DNA of 64,000 nucleotides from an uncultured delta proteobacterium (GCA_963727485.1 CAVSGM010000011.1:192001-256000), one strand, 5' to 3'. Shown: positions 12,420 to 23,024, numbered from the stretch's first letter. The notes: generated by a model not told the origin, from the letters alone. Program-made: numbers and translations.

Positions 12420-12930
12420 CTACGCGGCGCCGGGCAGGGGGATGAGCCCGTGACGCCGCCACCCGACGCGGAGCAGCCAGGTGTGCGGCGCCGTGACCAC
12501 CGGGGCCCGGTCGTTCCCATCGCTCCGGCCGCCGTCACCACCGCCACCGCCGTCGCCACCACCTCGTGTCGGCGGCACCCGACCCCCGCGCCACCCGTCG
12601 AACCACCGTCCCGACGAGCAGGGATCCACCGGCGACCCGCCCCGCCCGAGGCGCCCGGCGAGCCCGTGGCGCGCGGCGGCGAAGGACGCCTCGATGACCC
12701 GAAGGCAGCGACGGGCCCGGAGGTTGAACACGTGCGGGCGCACCCGGAGGGTGACGTGCACCGGGTGGTGGGCGGCAACGGCCGGCCGCGGGTCGTGGGC
12801 GACGCCGGAGCGGTTGCCGCTGGGCTTGCGGCCGGCGCCCTTCCGGCGGCCGCCCCAGGTGCGCAGGTCGAAGGCGAGCTGGCGGGTGCGGGTGCTCGGT
12901 CGGCGCGCGGCCCGCGCGCCCGCCCGCGGT
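12420..12930 (-). pseudogene. Internally deleted REP-associated tyrosine transposase (RAYT/Y1)-like gene
   Basis: N-term WGGRRKGAGRKP..VAH..RP...PVHVTLR and C-term SGRWFDGW...PHTWLLRVGWRRHGLI retained; HUH/Tyr core absent; start approximate. Confidence 0.65.
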
Positions 12931-12976
12931 GTCGCCCCGCGCCCCTGCGTGCGTCCCGCCTCACCGCCTGCCCGCC

Positions 12977-13495
12977 TCACCGCCTGCCCGCGCTCCCGGC
13001 GCGGAGGAACCAGCGCCCGCCGTCCCCGTGATCGACGACGTACCCCGCCTTCTCGAGGACCCGGCGGGACGCGCGGTTCTCCCGGTCGGTGATGCCCGAG
13101 ATCTCCGGCAGGCCCCGGACCCGGTGCCCCCAGGCCGTGAGGGCCGCGACCGCCTCGGTGGCCAGGCCCTGCCCCTGGTGGGCCTCGCCGATGGCGTACC
13201 CGATCTCGACCAGGTCCCGATAGGGGCCAAGGCCCACGTGGCCCACCAGGACACCGGACCCGCGCGCCTCGACGCCCAGGACCAGCGGCCCGGACACCGG
13301 GGCGTACCGGTCCCCGTAGCCGGCGATGAGCCGGTCGAGCACGGCCCGGGCCGCGAACAGGTCGGCGTAGACCTGGTCGGGGAGCCAGCGCCGCATCCCC
13401 GCCTCGCGGCTCATGGCGAAGACCGGTCCGAGGTCGTCGAGGGTGAACGGTCGGAGGACCAGGCGGTCGGTCTCGAGCTCGGGGGCGAGGGCCAT
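12977..13495 (-). CDS. GNAT N-acetyltransferase, RimJ/RimL family
   Basis: LETDRLVLRPF, EIGYAI, QGQGLATEA, NRASRRVLEKAG. Confidence 0.9.
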   Translation of the reverse strand: MALAPELETDRLVLRPFTLDDLGPVFAMSREAGMRRWLPDQVYADLFAARAVLDRLIAGYGDRYAPVSGPLVLGVEARGSGVLVGHVGLGPYRDLVEIGYAIGEAHQGQGLATEAVAALTAWGHRVRGLPEISGITDRENRASRRVLEKAGYVVDHGDGGRWFLRAGSAGRR

Positions 13496-13510
13496 GGGTC
13501 GCCTCGCGCG

Positions 13511-13855
13511 TTACCGGTCCGCCAGCTGGTGCCGGCGCAGGGCCACCAGCCAGGCGTCGATCTCCGCCCGGTTCGGGGCCTCCGCCGGCAGGGGGGACCG
13601 CGCCTCGGCGTCGGCCACCCGCGCGGCCAGGGCGTCCCACACGGCCTCCAAGCCCGTCTTCTCCGCAGCGGAGAGGACCGCGTGCTCGCCGCCGCCGCGC
13701 CCTCGTTCGATGAGGGCATCCACCTCGCCGAGCCCGTGGGCCGCGGTGGTCACCCGGACGTCGGTCTCCACCTGGCCCTCCAGGAGGAGGTGGATGCCGG
13801 TGCCCGCGACCCGGTAGCCGTAGAGGTGGGCCCCGGAGAGGGCGCAGAAGACCAT
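13511..13855 (-). pseudogene. Internally deleted predicted nucleotidyltransferase (RlaP/YcgL-like)
   Basis: LSGAHLYG joined directly to YRV..TGIHLL..G.VE.D; expected SDxD catalytic core missing. Confidence 0.55.
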
Positions 13856-13874
13856 CGGCCCCGCCGGCGGCCAA

Positions 13875-14834
13875 TCAGGCCGCCACCGGCCGCCGGCGCA
13901 GCGCCGTTCGCCGCAGGCTCCAGTGCCAGAAGGCGGTGGCGATGGTGGCCAGGGCGACGGTGGCGTAGACCACGTGGCTCAACGCCGGCATCTGCACCAG
14001 GGCCAGCTCGCCCGCCAGCCAGCCCGCCAGGAGCATCCCGCCCACGATGGCGAACGCGTCTCCGAAGCGGTGACGTCGGAGCAGCAGCACCGCCGCCACC
14101 AGGTTCCCCAGCCCCGGGAGCAGGAAGAGCAGGAGCCCGGGGATGAGGAAGTCGGTGAACGGCGTGTGCGCCAGGAGCGACGGGTTCAGCCACTCGGCCC
14201 AGCTCGGGCCCTGGGGCCAGATCATCAGCTCGAGGCCGCCGAGGGTCGCCGAGAGGCCGGCGAAGAGGGCCAGGGCGCCGGCGAAGCGGCGCACGGTCGC
14301 GGACCGCGGATCCACCCGCCGGGTCATCGGCACCCTGGCCTCGGGGACGGTCTCGAGGGTCCGGGCGACGTCGCGGGCGAAGGCTCGGGCCTGGTCGAAG
14401 TCCCGGAAGTCGCCGCCGTGCCCGCCCTCGACCATCTTCCGGGCGATGAACCCGCCGGCGTCGGGGGCCAGGCGCCCGCCGAAGGTCGAGTGGCCCCGGG
14501 CGTGCACCCCTTGCATCAAGCGGCGCACCTGCGGCGTCGGGGCGATATCCCCCTGGGTGGCGGAGTCGTCCAGGGGTCCGCTGGAGAAGAACCACACCGG
14601 CACCCGGCGCAGCTCCTCCACGTGACGCTGCACGAAGCGCCGGGCGTGGCGGTGCCAGCGGAAGGCATAGAGGGCGCCCCCCACGATGACGGCGTCGAAG
14701 GGGTCGATGTCCTCCACCTTCCGGGCGTCCCGAACGATGACGTCGTGGTCGGCGTAACTCAGGGTCTCGGCGATCACCTCGGCGAGGCCCTCGGTGCCGC
14801 CGCGCTTGGATCCGTAGGCGATGAGGATGCGCAT
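13875..14834 (-). CDS. Flavodoxin-like (HemG-type) domain fused to a C-terminal membrane domain
   Basis: ILIAYGSKRGGT, DAVIVGGALY..RW, WFFSSGPL, GDFRD, then about four TM helices. Confidence 0.8.
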   Translation of the reverse strand: MRILIAYGSKRGGTEGLAEVIAETLSYADHDVIVRDARKVEDIDPFDAVIVGGALYAFRWHRHARRFVQRHVEELRRVPVWFFSSGPLDDSATQGDIAPTPQVRRLMQGVHARGHSTFGGRLAPDAGGFIARKMVEGGHGGDFRDFDQARAFARDVARTLETVPEARVPMTRRVDPRSATVRRFAGALALFAGLSATLGGLELMIWPQGPSWAEWLNPSLLAHTPFTDFLIPGLLLFLLPGLGNLVAAVLLLRRHRFGDAFAIVGGMLLAGWLAGELALVQMPALSHVVYATVALATIATAFWHWSLRRTALRRRPVAA

Positions 14835-14895
14835 GGTCTTCTCCCCCCGGGCCGCGCGCACGAGCTGCGGTTGCCGCGGCCGCGACGCAGAGCGG

Positions 14896-14911
14896 TGCAA
14901 GGCAGGTGCCG
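14896..14911 (-). promoter_or_regulatory. Putative sigma-54 promoter for the flavodoxin gene
   Basis: Minus strand CGGCACCTGCCTTGCA matches GG-N10-GC (-24/-12) about 60 nt upstream of the start. Confidence 0.45.
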
Positions 14912-14958
14912 CCGGCACCCCGCCGAGGACCGGCCTCCGGCTATACTGGCCCCCGGCC

Positions 14959-16116
14959 ATGCCCGCTCGCACGATCCCCAGGGGCCAGGAGGCGCTGGTC
15001 CGCCGGATGGTGGCGCCGTCCCGGCTGCCGCCGGGGTGGCGCTTCCTCGGGGCCCGGGTCGAGCCCGAGTGCATCGTGGCCCGCTACCGGGACGCCCGGG
15101 GCCCCCTGTCGATCCGCCTCGGCCACCCGGGCGCGGAGGGGGTGCCGGCGACGGCGGCCTTCGCGGTGCGGACCTCCCGCCAGGACCCGGCGGCGCGGGC
15201 CCTCCTGGGGGCGGTGCTCGAGAGCGTCCGGGACCAGGAGGCGGCCTTCGTCTGGGGCGCCGGTGGTCCGGGCGAGGAGCCCGGCGCCGATCCCTGGCGC
15301 CCCGACGTGGAGTGGTGGGCCTTCGAGGCCGGGGTGAAGCCCGCGATCCGCTCGAGCGTGGCGCCGGAGGCGGCCGACGCCCTGGCCCGGCGCTTCCGGC
15401 GCCACGGCGCCTGCGTGGCCCGGTCGGGGCCGGTGCCCCTGCGCGGGGAGGCGGTGGTGCTGGTCTACGCCGCCCACACCCAGGCCGAGGCCGACGCCCT
15501 GCGCACCCTCGAGGAGGAGATCTTCGGGGCGCCCCGCACCGGGGACGCCGTGCCCCTCCTGGCGCAGACCCGGGAGCTGGGCGCGCGCCTGGGCTACCCC
15601 GCCTGCTGCGTGGCCGCCTTCAACGCGCGCTACGCCCGGCTCACCGGCGGGGGGCCGGGCCCAGCGGCCCACGACACCTGGCTGGGGGCGGTGGACGCCT
15701 GGGTGCCCGCGCCCCGGGCGCGGCTCAACGCCCTGGTGTCCCCGCACCCGACGCTCATCAGCTTCGAGCCGTGCCGCTACGACTGCGCCCCCGCCCTGGC
15801 GGTGGCCGACGCCACGGCGGCGGCGCTCGGTGAGGTCGAGCCCGCGATCCTCGCCGACCTCGACGCGACCCTGGCCCGCCCGGTGGTCATCGCCGCCGAC
15901 GGCGCCCGGGCGTGGGTCGAGCTCGCCCGGGAGGGCGGGGTCCCCACCATCGTCGCCGCCGAGGCCCTGGTGGCGCCCGGCGCCGAGGCGCGCCCCGAGG
16001 ACGCGCGCCTCGCCGCCGAGGTGGTGGGGCGGACCGCCGGGGCGACGGGACGGATCGAGGGGCTCGGGGACGGGGCGTGGCCCCCGCTGCTGGTCGACTT
16101 CCCGGCGGGCCGGTAG
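14959..16116 (+). CDS. Hypothetical protein, DUF483-like
   Basis: GVKPAIR, LGYPACCV, SFEPCRYDC motifs. Confidence 0.6.
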   Translation: MPARTIPRGQEALVRRMVAPSRLPPGWRFLGARVEPECIVARYRDARGPLSIRLGHPGAEGVPATAAFAVRTSRQDPAARALLGAVLESVRDQEAAFVWGAGGPGEEPGADPWRPDVEWWAFEAGVKPAIRSSVAPEAADALARRFRRHGACVARSGPVPLRGEAVVLVYAAHTQAEADALRTLEEEIFGAPRTGDAVPLLAQTRELGARLGYPACCVAAFNARYARLTGGGPGPAAHDTWLGAVDAWVPAPRARLNALVSPHPTLISFEPCRYDCAPALAVADATAAALGEVEPAILADLDATLARPVVIAADGARAWVELAREGGVPTIVAAEALVAPGAEARPEDARLAAEVVGRTAGATGRIEGLGDGAWPPLLVDFPAGR

Positions 16117-16183
16117 GCGCGGCCGGGGCGGTCGGCCCGCGGGTCGTTGACGCGGGCGCAGGGCGTCACTACAGACCCCCGCC

Positions 16184-17074
16184 ATGGCCGACTACCACTC
16201 CATCCGCTATCGCACCGACGGCCGCCTGGCGCGGATCACCCTCGACCGTCCCGAGCGTCGCAACGCCATCGACGACCACATGCCCGGGGAGCTCCGCCGG
16301 GCGGTGGAGGCGGCGAACGCCGACGACGCCATCCACGTGATCGTCCTCGACGGCGCCGGGGAGGCCTTCTGCGCCGGCTACGACCTGAAGCACTACGCCG
16401 AGGGCGAGAGCCAGGGGGTGCAGGCCGACATGCCCTGGGACCCCATGGCCGACTTCCGGATGATGAAGCGCAACACCGACGACTTCATGAGCCTGTGGCG
16501 CTCGGACAAGCCCACGGTGGTCAAGCTCCACGGGTACGCGGTGGCCGGGGGCTCGGACATCGCCCTGTGCGCCGACCTCATCGTCATGGCCGAGGACGCG
16601 CGCATCGGCTACATGCCGACGCGGGTGTGGGGGACGCCGACCACGGCGATGTGGGTCCACCGCCTGGGGCCCGAGCGGGCCAAGCGGCTGCTCCTCACCG
16701 GCGACACCATCGACGGGGTGCAGGCCGAGCGCTGGGGGCTGGTCCACCAGGCGGTGCCGGCGGAGGCGCTCGACGCCGAGGTGGAGCGGCTTGCCCGGCG
16801 CATCGCCGCGGTGCCGCGCAACCAGCTGATGATGCAGAAGCTGCTGGTGAACACCGCCTACGAGAACATGGGCATGGCCACCTCGCAGATCCTGGCGACC
16901 CTCTTCGACGGGGTGAGCCGCCACTCCCCCGAGGGGATGTGGTTCAAGCAGCTCGCCGAGCGCGAGGGGTTCCACGAGGCGGTCGAGTGGCGCGACTCGG
17001 GGCGCGAGCTGCCCGACGGCGAGGCGGCGCGGGCGGCCATCGAGGATCGGTACCCGCGGCGGGGCGGGAAGTAG
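16184..17074 (+). CDS. Enoyl-CoA hydratase/isomerase (crotonase) family
   Basis: ITLDRPERRNA, AFCAGYDL, GYAVAGG. Confidence 0.92.
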   Translation: MADYHSIRYRTDGRLARITLDRPERRNAIDDHMPGELRRAVEAANADDAIHVIVLDGAGEAFCAGYDLKHYAEGESQGVQADMPWDPMADFRMMKRNTDDFMSLWRSDKPTVVKLHGYAVAGGSDIALCADLIVMAEDARIGYMPTRVWGTPTTAMWVHRLGPERAKRLLLTGDTIDGVQAERWGLVHQAVPAEALDAEVERLARRIAAVPRNQLMMQKLLVNTAYENMGMATSQILATLFDGVSRHSPEGMWFKQLAEREGFHEAVEWRDSGRELPDGEAARAAIEDRYPRRGGK

Positions 17075-17210
17075 GCGGGCGGCAAGCAGGCGGGCGGGCC
17101 GGGGTGACACCGGAAGCGCCGCGCCGGCCCGTGACCGCGGGGCGCGGGCTGCCTAACCTGCCCCGAGGCGTCCCCGGGCGCCCGAACCCTTCCTCGTGGA
17201 GCGCCACACC

Positions 17211-18836
17211 ATGAACGCCAGGTCGACGACCCCCTCGCAGCTTCCGGCCGACACCCGCAGCCGGTCCTGCCCCTCACCGCGGGGGCCCTGCTCCGGGAGG
17301 CGGCGGCCGAGGCGCCCGACGCCCTGGCGCTCGTGGCCGGGATGCCCGACCCGGCGGCGCGCCGCACCTGGACCTACGCCGAGCTCCTCGAGGACGCCGA
17401 GCGGACGGCCCGGGCGCTGCTCGCGCGCTTCGAGCCCGGGGACCACGTGGCGGTGTGGTCGCCGAACTTCCCCGAGTGGATCCTCCTGGAGTACGGCTGC
17501 GCCCTGGCGGGCCTGGTGCTGGTCACGGTGAACCCGTCGCTGAAGCAGGGCGAGGTGCGCTACGTCCTCGAGCAGTCCCGGGCCGCCGGGGTGTTCGCGC
17601 CGGCGTCGTTCCGGGACGCGCCCATGGGCGAGGTCGCCCGGGCGCTGGCCGGCGGAGCTCCCCGAGCCTGCGCGAGGTGGTGACCTTCGACGACTTCGAC
17701 GCCTTCCTCGACCGGCGGCGATCGCGCAGCGGCGCTCCCGGAGGTGGCGCCCACGGACCCGGTGCAGATCCAGTACACCTCGGGGACCACGGGCTTTCCC
17801 AAGGGCGCGCGGCTGCACCACCAGGGCATCGTGAACAACGCCCGGTTCATCCTCGAGCGCGTCGAGCTCGGCGACGACCGGAGCGCCTGGGTGAACCCGA
17901 TGCCGCTCTTCCACACCGGCGGCTGCGTCATCGCGACCCTGGGGGCGGCGTGGCAGCGGGCGCCGATGGTGCTGGTGCCCTGGTTCGACCCGGCGCTGAT
18001 CTGGGAGCTGGTGGCGGAGCTACGGGGCGAGCCTGGTCGCCGGGGTGCCCGACGATGCTGGTGGGCCTGGAGTCGGTGCCCGAGGCGCAGCAGGCGCCGG
18101 CGTCGCTGCAAGCGGCGTGGTCACCGGCGGCTCGGTGGTGCCGGCGCCCTTGGTGCGGCGCGTGGAGCGCGAGTGGGGGGTGAGCATCGCCAACGTCTAC
18201 GGCCAGACCGAGCTGGCGCCGGTGGTCGCCATGACCGGCCCCGCGGACTCGGCCGAGGACAAGGCCCACACCATCGGCCGGCCCCTGCCCCAGGTGGAGG
18301 TGAAGATCGTGGATCCCCTCAGCGGCGAGGTGGTGCCCCGGGGTGTGTCCGGGGAGATCTGCGCCCGGGGCTACCAGAAGATGCTCGACTACTTCGAGAT
18401 GCCCGGTGCGACCGCCGAGACCATCGACGCCGAGGGGTGGCTGCACACCGGCGATCTCGCGTCCATGGACGCGCGCGGGTACCTGACCATCACCGGGCGG
18501 CTCAAGGACATGATCATCCGCGGGGGCGAGAACCTCTACCCCCGGGAGATCGAGGAGCGGCTCTTCGCGCATCCGGCGGTGGCGAGCGTGGCGGTGGTGG
18601 CCCGGCCGTCGGAGACCTGGGGTGAGGAGGTGGCGGCGGTGCTGGTCCCGAAGCCGGGGGAGACGCTGCCGAGCGCCGCCGAGCTGAAGGCCTGGTGCCG
18701 CGAGGCGCTCTCGCCCCAGAAGACGCCGGCGCACTGGTATGGCGCCGAGGCGTTGCCGCTGACGGCGTCGGGGAAGATCCGCAAGTTCGTGCTCGCCGAG
18801 CAGGTGGCGGCGGGGAAGCTCACGCCGCTGGCGTAG
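17211..18836 (+). CDS. Acyl-CoA synthetase (AMP-binding), several frameshifts
   Basis: YTSGTTGFPKG, YGQTE, GWLHTGD, GRLKDMIIRGGEN, TASGK across consecutive ORFs. Confidence 0.9.
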
Positions 18837-18851
18837 GGGGCCCGGCGACGC

Positions 18852-20071
18852 CTACCGCGGGTCCATGACCCGGCCCACGAAGAGGACGGTGCCCTGGCCG
18901 GGTGCCGGATGACGAAGAGGAACGGCCGGTCGAAGGCCAGGGGGACGGCCGGCTCGTAGACGGCGCCGGCGCCCACCACGGCGGTGGCGGCGGCGGCCTC
19001 GGTGCCCGACTCGTCGACGCGCACGTAGGCCTTATGGACCACCTTGGTGAGGTGGAGGTCGCGCCCCCCGTCGATCCCCGAGAAGTCGGCGGTGGCGGGG
19101 TCGAAGGCGTCGGTCATGCCGAAGCCCTCGAGGGTCCGGCCCAGCGGCAGCGCCGACTCGACGGTGAACCGGGGCAGCGAGAGGTCGACCTTCCCGGGAT
19201 CGAGGCTGTGGACCATGGCGTCGAAGGTGGCGGCGTCGAGGTGGGCGGTGAGGGCGTCGAGGGTGCCGGCGTCGGGGAGGATGAGGTCCATCTCCAGGTC
19301 GACGCCCGCGTAGGGCAGGGCGACCATCTGCCACCCGTTCCCCCGGGCGTACGCGAGGTCGGCGGCCTGGTGCATGGTGGGCACGCTGGCGCTGGCCCCG
19401 CCGTCGAGGTGGAAGGTGGCGCTCTTGGTCCTTGCCGGGTCGAAGCGGCGCTTCCAGGTGCAGTTGAGGTAGACGGCGTTGACCAACACGAAGCGGGTGG
19501 CGGCGTCGACGTCGCCCGGGGCGAGGATGTTCGGGATCTTTCCGTTGGTCACCGCCGAGACCCAGCCGTCGATCTGCGTCCGCGCGTCCTCGGCCTTCTT
19601 GGCGAAGTCGAGGAGGTACACCCCGGTGCCGTAGTCGCGCTTGAGGGTGTCGAGGAACGGCGACTCGAGGTGGAGGCCGGTCTGGGCGAAGAGGGCGTTG
19701 GCGATGCGCACCTTGTCCCCGAGCTGCAGGCCGAGGTCGAGCCAGTCGAAGCCCGCGTGGAGGGTGGCGCCCGGGAGGGTGAAGTGGAGGGCGCCGGCCA
19801 TCTGGGTGGCGGTGTCGCCCCGGGCGCCGGCGTAGGTCATGGCCAGGGCCGAGGAGACGCTGAAGGGCGAGACGGCCAGGTTCCCCGGGTCGGCGGCGCG
19901 CAGGAGGTCGAAGGCGAAGTCGGTGTTCCCGTCGACCAGGGTCTTCTGGTCGGCGCTTGTGAGCGACGGCTTCAGGTCGCGGGCGAGGGCCGACTGCTTC
20001 AGCTGCCCCGGCGGCTGGGGCGCGCAGGCGGCGAGGGCGAGGACGGCGACGAGGGCTGCGAGGCGGCGCAT
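18852..20071 (-). CDS. Serpin family lipoprotein (frameshift in last codons)
   Basis: Lipobox LAAC; SPFSVSSALAM, NAVY, hinge ESGTEAAAAT, FDRPFLFVI. Confidence 0.92.
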
Positions 20072-20181
20072 GGCGCTCCTCCCGGGGGCACGTGGGCGCC
20101 GCGCGGATGGCGCGGGCGGGCCCCTGAAGGAGTATCCCACGGTTGGGGGGCGGTGGGCGCGCGGAGGTGCGCGGCGCGGGC

Positions 20182-20568
20182 TACCGGCTGGGCAGGGGGC
20201 GAGGTGGGCCTCGATCCACCGGCGCAGCTCGTCGAGCTCGGCGTGGCCGGCGATGACCCGGTCACGATGAAGGCCTCGGCGTCGTCGGCCGTGGTCTCGA
20301 GGTGCCAGCCGTCCAGGCGCAGGAACACGGCGGTGAGCGCGAAGGCCATGCGCTTGTTGCCGTCGACGAAGGCGTGGTTCCGGGCGAGGCTCTGGCACAG
20401 GGCCGCGGCCTGCTCGGAGAGGGAGTCGTAGTAGCCCGAGCGGGGGCGGTGGAGGGCGCTCTCCAGGAGCCCCGGGTCGCGGACGCCGGCGTCGCCGCCG
20501 AAGCGGTCGATGAGCAGGCGGTGGAGGTGCAGCGCCTCCTCGAGGGTCGGGTAGACGGGGGTGGTCAC
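20182..20568 (-). CDS. doc: Doc/Fic family toxin (3' end frameshifted, end approximate)
   Basis: GVRDPGLLESAL and Doc motif HAFVDGNKR; GTG start overlaps antitoxin stop. Confidence 0.85.
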
Positions 20569-20780
20569 TTGGCGAGGCGCCGGAGGAGGGCGTCGTGCTC
20601 GTCCATGACCTCGAGGGCCGCCTCGTGGAACGCCGGCCGCACGCGGTTGTGCTCGAGGTAGAGCTTCGCGGCCTCGGTGAGGACCGAGGCGAGGGTCCGG
20701 CCCTCGGCCTTGGCGTGGGCGCGCAGCGCCTCGAGGGTCTCGGGGTCCATCTGGGCGCTGAACTTGGTCATGCCGGGCAT
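20565..20780 (-). CDS. Putative antitoxin, ribbon-helix-helix-like
   Basis: 71 aa, KFSAQMDPETLEALRAHAKAEGRTLASVLTEA; C-term HDALLRRLAK; directly upstream of doc. Confidence 0.75.
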   Translation of the reverse strand: MPGMTKFSAQMDPETLEALRAHAKAEGRTLASVLTEAAKLYLEHNRVRPAFHEAALEVMDEHDALLRRLAK

Positions 20781-20787
20781 GGGGGGG

Positions 20788-20816
20788 AGCGTAGGGAGGC
20801 GCCTGGCGAGCGTCAA
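20788..20816 (-). promoter_or_regulatory. Sigma-70-type promoter of TA operon
   Basis: TTGACG-N17-TACGCT, 7 nt upstream of the ATG. Confidence 0.55.
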
Positions 20817-20898
20817 GACAGAGCAAGAAACATCATGAATGCTTCCCGGGCGCCTCATGCATGCCGTAGGGCCGAGCACCCGGTATGATGGGCAGGTC

Positions 20899-21586
20899 GT
20901 GCCGTCCCGTGCCACACGCGCCGCGCTGTGCGCGGTCCTGGTCCTTGGGTCCGGGGGATGCCTCTCGGTGACCACCGGGCAGATGGCGGACACCCTCGCC
21001 CCCGGGCACCTCCAGGTGGCGCTCGAGCCGGGCGTGGTCCGGCAGCGGCGACGGGTTCTCGGTGGTGCCGCAGCTCAACCTCGCGATGCGCTACGGGCTC
21101 GGGCCGCGGGTGGACCTCGGCGCCCGGCTGGGGACCACGGCCTTCGACGTGTCCCCCAAGGTGCTGCTGACGGCGCCCGGGGCCGCGGGGCCGGTGGTCT
21201 CCATCGCGCCCGAGCTCGGCATCGGCTCGGGCGGCCCGGTGCCGCTGCTTGTACCTGGAGGTGCCGGTGATCCTGGGCTTCCACCTGGGCGATGGGAACG
21301 AGCTGGTGCTCGCGCCCAAGGTGCTGGCGTGGCACTACGTCGGGGATAGCTCGGGCGACACCCTGGCGGCGGGCGGGCTCGCTGGGGATCGCCTTGGACC
21401 TCGGCCGGGGTGTGCACCTGGTGCCAGAGGTCGCGGTCGCCAGGCCGCTCGATCGCCGGGCCGCCGCCGTCGCAGGGATCGGTCGGGGGACTGACCGGCG
21501 GCCAGCCGAACGAGGGGACCCTGGTGCAGGGTCAGATCGGCCATCCTCTTCGGGGGGTGAGGGCGAGGCGGGGGACAGGCCCGTAG
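20899..21586 (+). CDS. Putative outer-membrane lipoprotein, multiple frameshifts
   Basis: Signal ending in GGC then alternating beta-strand-like segments spread over frames. Confidence 0.5.
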
Positions 21587-21689
21587 CCTCGGCGGCCTGG
21601 CGCAAGCTCTGGTCGTGCTCGGGGACGATTTGGGCGCTGAACCTGGTGACTCCGGATGTGGGATGCCGCGGGAGCTGCGTGTCACGGGA

Positions 21690-22951
21690 TCAGGCGTGGG
21701 GCAGGATCACGTCCACGCCGTCGTCGTCGAGGCCGGCGGCGTCGAGGGCCTGCTCGAGCTCCCCGGCACCGACGTTCACCAGCGCGGCCACCTCGACGAG
21801 CTTGGCCCGGGAGATGACCTCGCGCCGATAGGCCTCGAGGGCGAGGCCCAGGAACCGGTGGCGGAACTCGTCGCGCAGGCCCGCATGGTCGGGCCGGGGA
21901 GGCCCAGCACGCGGGCAAGCGCCCGGCCCTGGCCGGCCCCGTCCTGATCGCGGAGCGCCTGGAGCTCGGGCTCGGTGACGAGCTTGAGGCTCTTGAGGCG
22001 GTAGAGCGCGGCGGGGCGACTGACGCCGAAGTGGTGGGCGACGTGGACCACGTCGTAGAGCTGGATGGCCTGGCTGCCCGGGGCGGTGCGGGCGCGGGCC
22101 TTCACCGGCGCCTGCTCGTCGAAGACCTCGGCCTCGGCCCGCGAAGGGTGGCCCTTGCCCAGGGTCCGGACGAGGTGGCGCACGGCGGCCTCGGGCATGA
22201 GGAACGCGGCGGCGAAGGCGTTGGCGCGTACCTCCACGAGCTGGTCGCGGTCGCGCCCGAGGCTCACCAGGCTACGGGCCTCGCGGTCGACGAGGACGTG
22301 GCCGTACTCGTGGGCACAGGAGAAGCGCCGGCGCAGGGTGGGGTGGGCCCGGTTGGCCACCACGAAGAAGCCGAGGTCCGGAGCCATGAGGGTCAGGCCG
22401 GAGACGTCGTCGGGGAGGTCGATGCGGGCGGTGCGCACGCCCTGGACCTCGAGGAGCTCGGAGACGTCGGGGAGCGGAGCGATGCCGAGCTCGAGACGCC
22501 GGCGCTCCTCGGCGGCCACCCGCTCGCCCTGCTGGATGGCGTCCCAGCGGTTGTGCGGACGCGGGAGCGGGTAGGCGGCGAGGGTGGCCTGGTCGCGGTC
22601 GATGCCGAGGAGGTGCTCGAGGCGGGTGAGCTCGCGCGCCAGGGCGAGGCACTCGCGGAGGGCGGCCTGCATGTCCGCGTCCCGGGCCAGCTCGGGGTGG
22701 CTGCGGAACAGGCCCACGACCACGTCGTCGTCGGGGCCCGGCGCGTCGGCGAGGAGCTGGCCGGGGTCCACGCCGAAGAGGTAGCCGAGGTGGGACAGCT
22801 CCAGCCCGGTGACGGCCCGGTTCCCCAGCTCCATCTGGGCGACGGTGGGGCGCGATACCTCCAGGTGCCTGGCCACGTCGTCCTGGGTCAGGTGCCGCGC
22901 CTCACGGGCCTGCCGCAGGCGGCGGCCCAGATCCTGCTGGTCGATGGCCAT
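21690..22951 (-). CDS. XRE-family HTH fused to ImmA/IrrE metallopeptidase (frameshift near 21890)
   Basis: LGRRLRQARE...TQDDVA..LEVSRPTVAQMELG; RRFSCAHEYGH; EVRANAFAAAFLMP. Confidence 0.9.
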
Positions 22952-22980
22952 GTTCTCCCCCCGTCTCCGTGCGAAGGGGG

Positions 22981-23009
22981 ATGTTAGGAATTCTGTTGCA
23001 GCGTGTCAA
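22981..23009 (-). promoter_or_regulatory. Near-consensus sigma-70 promoter of the XRE-ImmA gene
   Basis: TTGACA-N17-TAACAT followed by a GGAGA RBS. Confidence 0.7.
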
Positions 23010-23024
23010 TGAATGGCGTGCGTG

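Noticed and set aside
12954..12990. 16-bp tandem duplication CCCGCCTCACCGCCTG at the GNAT stop codon
   Set aside because: Only two copies in GC-rich sequence; a likely slippage duplication with no functional evidence
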